64,000 nucleotides of DNA from a virus (Duplodnaviria; Caudoviricetes), in the IMG/VR virus record IMGVR_UViG_2974602183_000001, positions 48,107 through 112,106 of that record; one strand, given 5' to 3'. Position numbers and translations under genes: made by a program. Every line of letters starts with the position of its first letter. Position 1 is the stretch's first letter. Below, piece after piece: positions 9,848 to 17,825 of the stretch. A model generated the notes under the pieces. The model searched no databases and was not told the DNA's origin. It saw only the letters and a program-made list of their open reading frames with translations.

Positions 9848-10088
9848 GGAATTCACGAGTATAACTATGGGCAAGGAACGCCCTAAAAAGAAAAAGAAGT
9901 ATAAAAGATTTCAGCCCCAAGGGTGTCGTGTATTCCCCTTATCTATAGCACTTTTAGGGGCGGATATCATACTTCAATTCCCAATCGTATACCGGATACA
10001 AAAGAACGAAGACTTATCCGCCCTCTTACTTAAACGTAAACGTCTAATAACGGAGTTAAGAAAAGAAAATCTTCAATTGCCGAAATAG
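9840..10088 (+). CDS. Hypothetical basic protein
   Basis: Overlapping, co-oriented ORF. Confidence 0.6.
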   Translation: MAKEFTSITMGKERPKKKKKYKRFQPQGCRVFPLSIALLGADIILQFPIVYRIQKNEDLSALLLKRKRLITELRKENLQLPK

Positions 10089-10105
10089 CCAATTTATCTT
10101 ATAAT
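10077..10105 (+). promoter_or_regulatory. Early-type promoter
   Basis: TTGCCG-17-TATAAT. Confidence 0.7.
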
Positions 10106-10131
10106 ATTTGTATAAATTAATTGGAGAGCTT

Positions 10132-10395
10132 ATGAAGATTCATAGATTAAGAGCCAAGCACAACAAGAGAAAGGAAAAAGTAGCCAAGTCGATTATTAGA
10201 GACGTAAAGGCTGATTTCTCTTTTTGTAAATACAATTATATAAGAGGACGTAACGTACTCCTCGATGGGTATAATTCAACTATGTTGGCCACACGGCTAC
10301 CTCTGTTATTGAAAGCCCTAAGGTACATTGACATACCCGTAACCTTACACTGGTACGGAGTTAACATGGTAGAACTAGAACTAGGAGACGACTAA
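10132..10395 (+). CDS. Hypothetical protein
   Basis: Start moved to the ATG (MKIHRL) that follows GGAGAG; stop overlaps the D2 start. Confidence 0.7.
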   Translation: MKIHRLRAKHNKRKEKVAKSIIRDVKADFSFCKYNYIRGRNVLLDGYNSTMLATRLPLLLKALRYIDIPVTLHWYGVNMVELELGDD

Positions 10396-11099
10396 TGGCT
10401 CGTAAAAATTCAAAATCAGCAGCAGACGTAACAGAAGACCAATTTGAAATGGCTCTTGCTGAGCGTGAACAGGGTGCCACTAAGAAACGTCAATGTGAAA
10501 TCCTAGGTATTAACTACAATACCAAACGCCTAGACGAAATGCTAGATAACTATTTAGCAGAGAAAGAACATCGCAAAGAAATGATGCGCAAGAACCGTAC
10601 TAAGCCTCTTTCTCCACAGGAAGAAATTAACATGGCTGAAGCGTATCTTACTGGTGATGCTATTGAAGAAATTGCCAAGCGATACTACCGCTCCCCAGCC
10701 TTAGTGCGTCGTCGCCTAGAGCTTATGGGTCTTTTAGACTTTAAGCTTAGAGAGTCAGCAGACCCTCTAAACCCTGCTATGGTTCCAGAGGAAGCCATGT
10801 CAGAGCGTTTCGCTATTGGGCAAAAAGTATGGGTTCCAGGGTACAAATGTCTAGGTGAAGTTATGGCGGAACATAAGCCTAATGCCGACGGTATCTATGC
10901 TTATCGAGTGTACCTGCTAGCATCAAATAAACATCGTAACGTAAACTTTTACGCATACGATTTAGGCAGCTTAAAATACCTAGAAGAAAAAGGTATCAAC
11001 CCTAACGTTCTCCAAGACAATATGTCTAGAGAGGACATTGTGTATACTCTAAATGCGGCGTTGCTGGCTGCACGTAAGAACGCTAACAAAGGAAAGTGA
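10395..11099 (+). CDS. D2: T5 D2-like protein
   Basis: 234 aa, CEILGINYNTKRL motif, position after obp as in T5. Confidence 0.8.
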   Translation: MARKNSKSAADVTEDQFEMALAEREQGATKKRQCEILGINYNTKRLDEMLDNYLAEKEHRKEMMRKNRTKPLSPQEEINMAEAYLTGDAIEEIAKRYYRSPALVRRRLELMGLLDFKLRESADPLNPAMVPEEAMSERFAIGQKVWVPGYKCLGEVMAEHKPNADGIYAYRVYLLASNKHRNVNFYAYDLGSLKYLEEKGINPNVLQDNMSREDIVYTLNAALLAARKNANKGK

Positions 11100-11156
11100 G
11101 GCCTACCTGGCTCCTCACTTTCACATAGCGTAACTCCCAATAACAAAAACTTTCAG

Positions 11157-11185
11157 TTGCTTAGTGGCTGAAAGTTACGTATAAT
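11157..11185 (+). promoter_or_regulatory. T5-type strong promoter
   Basis: TTGCTT-17-TATAAT. Confidence 0.8.
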
Positions 11186-11229
11186 ATATCTATAAATTCG
11201 ACAAACGACAACCAAAGGAAGTAATATTT

Positions 11230-11640
11230 ATGACCAAACCTATCTCTTGGACAGATGAGCTTAAAGCAGAAGTAGAATCTCTATACAAAGCAAAAATGGG
11301 TGAACTAGCGGAAGCTAACCCAGAAGCGGAAGAAGGTACTTTCTCTAACGAAGCACTTACTTACGCAGCAGCTGAGATTGGTACATCTGTAGCATCAGCT
11401 CGTGCACAGCTAACTAAACTAGGTGTGTATGTTAAGCAAATTAACAAAGCTAAGAAAACATCTAATGCGTCAGAAGGTGGTTCTAAGCGTGTGGGCAAAG
11501 CAGAAGCCCAAGGCGAGCTACTCGCAGCCTTTAAAGATGGTGGAGTCACTGACCTAGATGACGACATTATCTCAAAACTAACCGGTAAAGCAGCATCACA
11601 CCTAGCTGCAAAAATCCGCGAACTTCAGTCACAAGCATAA
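11230..11640 (+). CDS. D3: T5 D3-like DNA-binding protein
   Basis: 136 aa, HTH-like AAEIGTSVASARAQLTKLGVYVK; synteny. Confidence 0.8.
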   Translation: MTKPISWTDELKAEVESLYKAKMGELAEANPEAEEGTFSNEALTYAAAEIGTSVASARAQLTKLGVYVKQINKAKKTSNASEGGSKRVGKAEAQGELLAAFKDGGVTDLDDDIISKLTGKAASHLAAKIRELQSQA

Positions 11641-11652
11641 GGAGAGTAGTAT

Positions 11653-11979
11653 ATGCGAATGACCCGCTTCCTAGAGTTATCCCAAAAATTCGATACTTTC
11701 TATGCTCAATATAAGTATAAGAAAGCTGGTACTCCCAACAAGTCTTTCATCGTGGCTACGACTAACTTCGATACGCCGTACCTGAAAGCAGAGCTAGAGA
11801 AAGCTCCTGAGCATGTACAAAAGCAGGTGGCAAACCCTAAAGATGGTTACGTGGCTCTGTTCTGTTACACAACTAACAAGTTCCGTACAATGCCTGTGGA
11901 CGTGTTTACTCATCTTTCCATGCTGAGTTATGAGTTAGACAAACAAGAACGTGATTCACGACGATTTACAAGGGCATGA
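11653..11979 (+). CDS. Conserved T5-like hypothetical protein
   Basis: AAGGAG RBS; syntenic position. Confidence 0.8.
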   Translation: MRMTRFLELSQKFDTFYAQYKYKKAGTPNKSFIVATTNFDTPYLKAELEKAPEHVQKQVANPKDGYVALFCYTTNKFRTMPVDVFTHLSMLSYELDKQERDSRRFTRA

Positions 11980-12262
11980 AGATAAGCTGGATGCAGTCAT
12001 CTACCAAGATGAAGAATTAGGCATCCAGTTACGCTTCACTGTTTCTGAATTCATGGGTAGGCACTACCTAGGCATTAGGGAGTACTACCTAGACTTTGAA
12101 GGGGAGTGGCTTCCTACACGGAATGGACTAAGCTTCCCTTATAACCTAGATTCAGTAACTAGACTATACTCAGCTTTTGCCTCTATCATGGCTCAAGCTG
12201 AGGTATCTCAAGAAGTAATAGAAAATCACCATAAACATACTACCCAAGACGAGGACAAGTAA
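11951..12262 (+). CDS. PC4/transcriptional coactivator p15-like ssDNA-binding protein
   Basis: VSEFMGRHYLGIREYYLDFEGEWLPTRNGLSF is the PC4 signature. Confidence 0.85.
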   Translation: MIHDDLQGHEDKLDAVIYQDEELGIQLRFTVSEFMGRHYLGIREYYLDFEGEWLPTRNGLSFPYNLDSVTRLYSAFASIMAQAEVSQEVIENHHKHTTQDEDK

Positions 12263-13212
12263 TGCAAGAGTATATCCGTTACCTACAAAAGTGCTACTAC
12301 GAAGGCAACCCAGTAATCTCTAATGAGGAGTACGATGCACTAGTCTCTCGCTTTGGAGAGGATGGATTGGGTGTGGGCGGCGAATTCAAGCATATGTATC
12401 GTATGTACTCACTAGACAAGGTGTATCCTGGTCGAGGTGAGGAATTACCACTACCTGTAGAAAAATGCATAGAAACTCCGAAATTGGACGGATGTGCAAT
12501 TTCTTTGTTTTACATTGGTAATAAGCTAGTTCAAGGTAACACTCGTGGCGACGGAATAACATCCCCAACCACTTTTGAGCCGTGGAAGCTGGCGTTGCTT
12601 GTACCAGGTGAACTATCTAGTAGCTCTCCTATCCAAATTACTGGTGAGGTAGTTACTACCAATCCTGTAAAAAACATGCGTAACTACGCGTCTGGAGCTA
12701 TGCAGCTAAAAGACGAAAAAGAGTTTCGAGAGCGTGTTTTAGAAGGCGGGCTTATCTTCGTAGCTTATGGGATTCAGGAAGCGGAAGACCACGCAGGTAT
12801 TTTCCCTCACTATGAGCAGGATATGGCCTGGCTATCTGGTGAAGGTTTCTGTACGGTAGTTGACTCAGACTGGGAAGACTGCCCGCAAGACGGGCGAGTG
12901 TTCCGCCTCTCTAGCAACAGAGATTTCTTCGATGCTGGATTTACCCACAAACATCCTAAAGGTGCATTCGCCGTAAAAGAAGACGAAGAAGGTATCTGGA
13001 CTAAGTTAGTAGACCTAACATGGCAGACTGGTAAGTCTGGTAAAGTGACTCCAGTAGCAATCTTTGAGCCAATCTTTATCGACGATGCAGAAATCACCCG
13101 AGCAACATTAAACAATGCTGGTTATGTGGAAAACCTAGGAGTCTACGAAGGCTGCGAGGTTTGTGTTATCCGCTCAGGCGGCATTATCCCTAAGATTATA
13201 GACGTAAGGTAA
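12262..13212 (+). CDS. ligA: NAD-dependent DNA ligase subunit A (adenylation and OB domains)
   Basis: YYEGNPVISNEEYD, MYSLDK, KLDG, TRGDG, RATLNN, RSGGIIPKI. Confidence 0.95.
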   Translation: MQEYIRYLQKCYYEGNPVISNEEYDALVSRFGEDGLGVGGEFKHMYRMYSLDKVYPGRGEELPLPVEKCIETPKLDGCAISLFYIGNKLVQGNTRGDGITSPTTFEPWKLALLVPGELSSSSPIQITGEVVTTNPVKNMRNYASGAMQLKDEKEFRERVLEGGLIFVAYGIQEAEDHAGIFPHYEQDMAWLSGEGFCTVVDSDWEDCPQDGRVFRLSSNRDFFDAGFTHKHPKGAFAVKEDEEGIWTKLVDLTWQTGKSGKVTPVAIFEPIFIDDAEITRATLNNAGYVENLGVYEGCEVCVIRSGGIIPKIIDVR

Positions 13213-13213
13213 T

Positions 13214-13432
13214 ATGAAAAGTAACAAACTAAGAGCTGCGGAATTACAAGTAGAGCGTAACGAGTTATTTATAAAGCTCCATCGGCTGGAGGCATTCTTG
13301 GACTCTGTCGCAGGACATGAAGTAACAAAAGAACTAGCCGACCAGCTAGAACTACTAGTACAGCAAAGACTAGTAATGATGGAGTATGTAAGTATACTCG
13401 ATGACCGAATAGCACTCCTACAAGGAACTTAA
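13214..13432 (+). CDS. Small helical hypothetical protein
   Basis: ERNEL..KL.RL.AFL...LLVQQ..VM.EY..IL..RI pattern, common in small phage proteins. Confidence 0.75.
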   Translation: MKSNKLRAAELQVERNELFIKLHRLEAFLDSVAGHEVTKELADQLELLVQQRLVMMEYVSILDDRIALLQGT

Positions 13433-13744
13433 ATGAAGAACTACGACCTATCAGAGTTAATAAAAACCACAGAAGCCGACCGACTGACTCTCATCATTGC
13501 GTTAGGTGGTGACGGCGCGGAGGCGGATGCAACCTTGCAAATGGTAGCAAAAATCACCACGTTCTCTTTAGCAGAGAAGCCGTTGTCTGAAAATGATGTG
13601 TTAGAACTAACTAAGGCACTGACCACATATAAAAACAAAGTGACCACATCCTTAGATACGCTACTGGCTATCATTAATAACGCTCCAGTTGTGGAATTGA
13701 CGGAAGAATCAACTATTCAGTCAGCTCCTAAAAAGTACCATTGA
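13433..13744 (+). CDS. Hypothetical protein
   Basis: AAGGA RBS, abuts the previous ORF. Confidence 0.7.
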   Translation: MKNYDLSELIKTTEADRLTLIIALGGDGAEADATLQMVAKITTFSLAEKPLSENDVLELTKALTTYKNKVTTSLDTLLAIINNAPVVELTEESTIQSAPKKYH

Positions 13745-13866
13745 CGCGAATGAATCCTTAGCATATAATATATCTCATGCTTTGGGACACAAGCGAATTG
13801 ATTAAAGAGGTCTGGGCATAAAGAGGAAAACTTTTATTTGCCCTCTCAGTATCATTTTGATATAAT
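13741..13866 (+). promoter_or_regulatory. Two tandem sigma70 promoters upstream of ligB
   Basis: TTGACG-17-TATAAT (13741-13769) and TTGCCC-17-TATAAT (13838-13866). Confidence 0.75.
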
Positions 13867-13895
13867 GAGTATACAAAATAGATAGAAGGACAGAT

Positions 13896-14645
13896 ATGAA
13901 CATCCCTACTAATTGCCCAAGCTGCGACTCTCTACTCGAAAGAGTCAAAGACCAACTCTTTTGTCGTAACTCTTCTTGCCCAGCTCAGACAGCAAAAATT
14001 GTTGAAAGCTTTTGTAAGAAGATGAAGATTAAAGGCTTCGGACCGAAGACCATTGAAAAATTAGGTGTTGAGTCCCTATCTGAACTGTATTCCTTGTCGG
14101 AAGACTACCTAACAGAGAAATTAGGAGAGAAGACAGCTACTAAGTTACACGCCGAGATTGCGAACAAACGAGTAGTGGAATTCGGACAGTTTCTCGGTGC
14201 ACTAGGAATCCCTTTGATTGGTACCGTAGCTGCTAACAAGCTAGGTATTAAGGCAAACTCTTGGGAAGACGTCACTGAAGCCTCCTGTGCGGAGGCAGGC
14301 TTAGGAGAGAAAGCCACTAAAAACTTATTAGACTGGATGGTTTCACCCCAAGGTGAGGATGTCCGTCAAATCCCTATTACGTTTACCGTAACAGAACAGT
14401 CAACTACAGCGTCCACCTCTGTGGAAGCCAAAGGAGACGTAGTAATTACTGGTAAACTTAACGACTTTAAGAACCGCACAGAAGCTGCTAAGTTCTTAGA
14501 ACAACATGGATACTCCGTAAAGAGCGGAGTAACGAAAAAGACTATAGCCCTAATCGTCGAAGATGGTTCTACATCTTCAAAAACAAACAAAGCTAACGAT
14601 TTAGGCATCCCAATTCTAACTATCAAAGAGCTTTTAGGCTCTTAA
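13896..14645 (+). CDS. ligB: NAD-dependent DNA ligase subunit B (Zn finger, HhH, BRCT)
   Basis: CPSC...CRNSSC, IKGFG, ALGIPLIG, VITGKL...SGVTKKT...SSKTNKANDLGIPIL. Confidence 0.95.
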   Translation: MNIPTNCPSCDSLLERVKDQLFCRNSSCPAQTAKIVESFCKKMKIKGFGPKTIEKLGVESLSELYSLSEDYLTEKLGEKTATKLHAEIANKRVVEFGQFLGALGIPLIGTVAANKLGIKANSWEDVTEASCAEAGLGEKATKNLLDWMVSPQGEDVRQIPITFTVTEQSTTASTSVEAKGDVVITGKLNDFKNRTEAAKFLEQHGYSVKSGVTKKTIALIVEDGSTSSKTNKANDLGIPILTIKELLGS

Positions 14646-14672
14646 CCCGAAAATTTTTGGAGAAAATCACAC

Positions 14673-15410
14673 ATGGCAAAATTCACTTGGACTGAAGACA
14701 ACGTAAAAGCACTAGAAGCAGCAGTAGCTGGCGTAGATGAAGTGTCTCAAGACCAACTTAAAGAAATCGCGGAACAGCTAGGTACTTCAGCTCGTTCAGT
14801 AGGTTCTAAACTTCGTAAAATGGAATATTCTGTGCAGCTAGCAACAGAAGCTGGTAAGCCAAAATGGACAGAAGACGAAGAAGCAGTACTTGTAGACTTC
14901 CTAAACGCTAATGCAGGTAATCTAACTTACTCTGAAATCGCAGCAGCAGTTCTAGATGGTAAGTTCTCTACTAAGCAGGTTCAAGGTAAGATTCTTTCTC
15001 TACAGCTAACAGAGCACGTTAAGCCTACTGAAAAAGCGGCTCCGGTACGCTCTTACTCTGTAGACGAAGAAGCTAAGATTGTTGACTTAGTTTCAGGTGG
15101 TGCTTCTATGGAAGCTGTTGCTGAAGCAATGGGTCGACCACTTAACAGCGTTCGCGGTAAGTGTCTAAGCCTACAAAAAGAAGGTCGCATTAGCGAAATG
15201 CCTAAGCAAGAAACTTCTAGCGCAAAAGCTAAAGAAGACATTCTTGAAGGTCTAGATGTTGCTAATATGACTGTAGCGGAAATTGCAGCAGCAGTTGACC
15301 GTACAGAGCGTGGTATTAAAGCTACACTAACTCGCCGTGGTATCAGCTGTGCAGACCACGATGGTGCAAAACGCGCTGCTAAAATTGCATCTCAAAAGTC
15401 AGCTGAGTAA
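14673..15410 (+). CDS. D5: T5 D5-like DNA-binding transcription regulator
   Basis: Repeated WT.DE / IAEQLG...RSV..KL HTH units; synteny. Confidence 0.85.
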   Translation: MAKFTWTEDNVKALEAAVAGVDEVSQDQLKEIAEQLGTSARSVGSKLRKMEYSVQLATEAGKPKWTEDEEAVLVDFLNANAGNLTYSEIAAAVLDGKFSTKQVQGKILSLQLTEHVKPTEKAAPVRSYSVDEEAKIVDLVSGGASMEAVAEAMGRPLNSVRGKCLSLQKEGRISEMPKQETSSAKAKEDILEGLDVANMTVAEIAAAVDRTERGIKATLTRRGISCADHDGAKRAAKIASQKSAE

Positions 15411-15431
15411 TAAAATCTAATTTCTAAGTCG

Positions 15432-15466
15432 AAGGGGTGGGGCGTGAGCCTCGCCCCTTTTCTTTT
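15432..15466 (+). terminator. Intrinsic terminator after D5
   Basis: GC-rich hairpin followed by TTTTCTTTT. Confidence 0.75.
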
Positions 15467-15479
15467 ATGAGGACACTGA

Positions 15480-16844
15480 ATGAGTATAAATACTCAAGCA
15501 ATAGTGCTAAAGCTGTTATTAAGTTCCTCATCAGAATCTGACCTAGTATTAGAGTTTGATGCAGCAAAAAGCGAGTATTTCTCAGACTCTTATCGTAAAA
15601 TTCGCCATCTAATAGCGCAGTTCTACGAAAAATACAATAAGCTTCCAAACCTTACGGAGCTACGGTTAGCCAATAACCGCTCCGGTAGCGTGCTTGCAAC
15701 TTTAGATGCGTTAGCGAATACAGAACTGCCTGATGAGGTGGAACTGTCCCTAGCTATAGAAGCACTAGAGAGTGAGTACGCACAACAACTATCACTAACA
15801 ACGATACAGAATCTACTACTTAAAGACATTACTCTATTAAACGCTCAAGAAATTACTGAAAGGCTCGCGGAAATCCAAACTCACGTTTCGGACTCGCTAG
15901 ACGCTAGTGATAAGGTATTTACTGGTAATAAACTATCTGCTTTCCAATCCACTGAGGATTCAGAGGCGGAAACGGTGCTTACTAGCATAAGCCCTAGATG
16001 GGACTTTGAATACGGTGGTTTACGTAGAGAAGATTTACTATTGCTCGGAGGTAAACGAGGTTCTGGTAAGTCAGTAATGTCAATGAACTTTGCAGCAAAT
16101 CAGTACAGGGATGGTAAGATATGTCCGTACTTCACTATTGAGATGCGAGCAGGGGAGACGTTCCAAAGATTCATGGCTAATCTGTCAGGTGCAGACGCTA
16201 TGGATTTACGTAATAATGAAACTTCTGGCACTGATATATTTAAACTTCTAGTTACTCGCGCAGCGATGTTCGAGGACAGCTATGAGGTACTATCTGGGTT
16301 TCTAGAGGAAATGGAAGAGCCGTGTGAGAAAGGTTCTGACCTAGTAGGGTTCGAAGCATCGCTAAGAAATCTACCAGAAGTCACCCCCTTCATTATAGTA
16401 GACGATTCCCAACTTAGGCTCGCCTCCGTGGATGCACACTTGGGCGCTATAGTGTCTAAGTATGGGGAGCAGGTTACGGCCTGTGTTGTTGACTATGTTA
16501 ACCAAGTTATCGTGGAAGACCAGTCGTCTATGTATGATTGGAAAGACCAGTTAGTAGTGGCAAAAGGTTTGAAGAACCTTGCTCGTAAACATGAGGTAGC
16601 AATGATATCTCCTTACCAAATCAATAATGATGGTGAAGCAAGACTTTCCCAAGCTATCCTAGACCCCGCAGATTACGCTATGGTTATTCACGCGTATGAA
16701 GAAGCGGATATAGTCGTATTGGAAGCCACTAAGGTACGTTCTATTAGTAATGTTACTTTCGCTATGCCTATGGATTGGCAGTGCTTAAGAATAAAGAACG
16801 TAGACTTGACCAAAGAGTTGTTGGAAGATATGCTTGAAAAATAA
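15480..16844 (+). CDS. D6: DnaB-like replicative helicase (T5 D6)
   Basis: GGKRGSGKS, FTIEM, VVDYVN, PYQIN, ARLSQAILDPAD. Confidence 0.9.
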   Translation: MSINTQAIVLKLLLSSSSESDLVLEFDAAKSEYFSDSYRKIRHLIAQFYEKYNKLPNLTELRLANNRSGSVLATLDALANTELPDEVELSLAIEALESEYAQQLSLTTIQNLLLKDITLLNAQEITERLAEIQTHVSDSLDASDKVFTGNKLSAFQSTEDSEAETVLTSISPRWDFEYGGLRREDLLLLGGKRGSGKSVMSMNFAANQYRDGKICPYFTIEMRAGETFQRFMANLSGADAMDLRNNETSGTDIFKLLVTRAAMFEDSYEVLSGFLEEMEEPCEKGSDLVGFEASLRNLPEVTPFIIVDDSQLRLASVDAHLGAIVSKYGEQVTACVVDYVNQVIVEDQSSMYDWKDQLVVAKGLKNLARKHEVAMISPYQINNDGEARLSQAILDPADYAMVIHAYEEADIVVLEATKVRSISNVTFAMPMDWQCLRIKNVDLTKELLEDMLEK

Positions 16845-16888
16845 CCGCGCCAAACCAGCCTTAGCGCATACTACTTAGAGGATTACGT

Positions 16889-17764
16889 GTGACCACAGAC
16901 GTGTTAAAACTCTTAAACGAGAAAGGTGTAGAATATACTGAAAAGGGGAACGACTATGTCGTTTCCTGTTTCAACCCAGAACATGAGGACAATAACCCCT
17001 CGCTAAGAATAGACCGAGACACAGGACGTTTTCATTGTTTGTCCTGTGGCTTTAAGGGGGACTTATTCGACCACTTCGGACAGTACAGAAGCAGGACTTA
17101 TGACTTGCTCTATGAGGTGGAGTCCCAAATACAAAACATACTCCTAGAAACTAGAGGTTTAGATATACCGGAATCTAGTGTACCTTTCTCTAAAGAGTTT
17201 AGGGGTATAAAGGCAGAGACTTTTGAAAAATTCCAGGCCTTCACCCACACTGACCCAGAATTCCTAAATAGGGTCGTTTTCCCTATATTCTCCGTCAGTG
17301 GCACTATACCGGCATTGATTGGCAGATACACCCACTCCAATGCAACCCCAAAGTACTTAGTATACCCAGCCTCAGCTAACCTCCCAATTTACCCTATACC
17401 TAAAAATAGTGATACAGTAGTTCTGGTAGAGGGACTTTTTGATGTAGTTAATCTACATGATAAAGGACTGGACACAGCAGCGGCTATATTTGGTACTCAC
17501 AACTTAACCTGGAAGACAGCGGAAGAGAAGCTGGCTCCACTAACCGCATCAGGAATAACTAGGATAGTTTTATTACTAGATGGAGATGGTGCAGGGCAAC
17601 TAGCAACCGCTAAGCTAGAGAAACTGATAAAAGCTAAAACCTCGTGTAGGGTGTTCGACGCAAGCGACTTCTTACTTCCTGGGCAAGACCCTGGCGGACT
17701 AGACGAAGATGAAGTGTATCAGTTACAGAATTATATCGAAAAATTATTAGCCAACAAGGTCTAA
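16889..17764 (+). CDS. pri: DNA primase (CHC2 Zn finger plus TOPRIM)
   Basis: CFNPEHEDNNPS..HCLSC, VEGLFD, LDGDGAG, DPG. Confidence 0.93.
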   Translation: MTTDVLKLLNEKGVEYTEKGNDYVVSCFNPEHEDNNPSLRIDRDTGRFHCLSCGFKGDLFDHFGQYRSRTYDLLYEVESQIQNILLETRGLDIPESSVPFSKEFRGIKAETFEKFQAFTHTDPEFLNRVVFPIFSVSGTIPALIGRYTHSNATPKYLVYPASANLPIYPIPKNSDTVVLVEGLFDVVNLHDKGLDTAAAIFGTHNLTWKTAEEKLAPLTASGITRIVLLLDGDGAGQLATAKLEKLIKAKTSCRVFDASDFLLPGQDPGGLDEDEVYQLQNYIEKLLANKV

Positions 17765-17825
17765 TTATTGATATAATATTTAAATAAATGAAGAAAGTAT
17801 TATCCATAATAATTGTAGGAAATAT

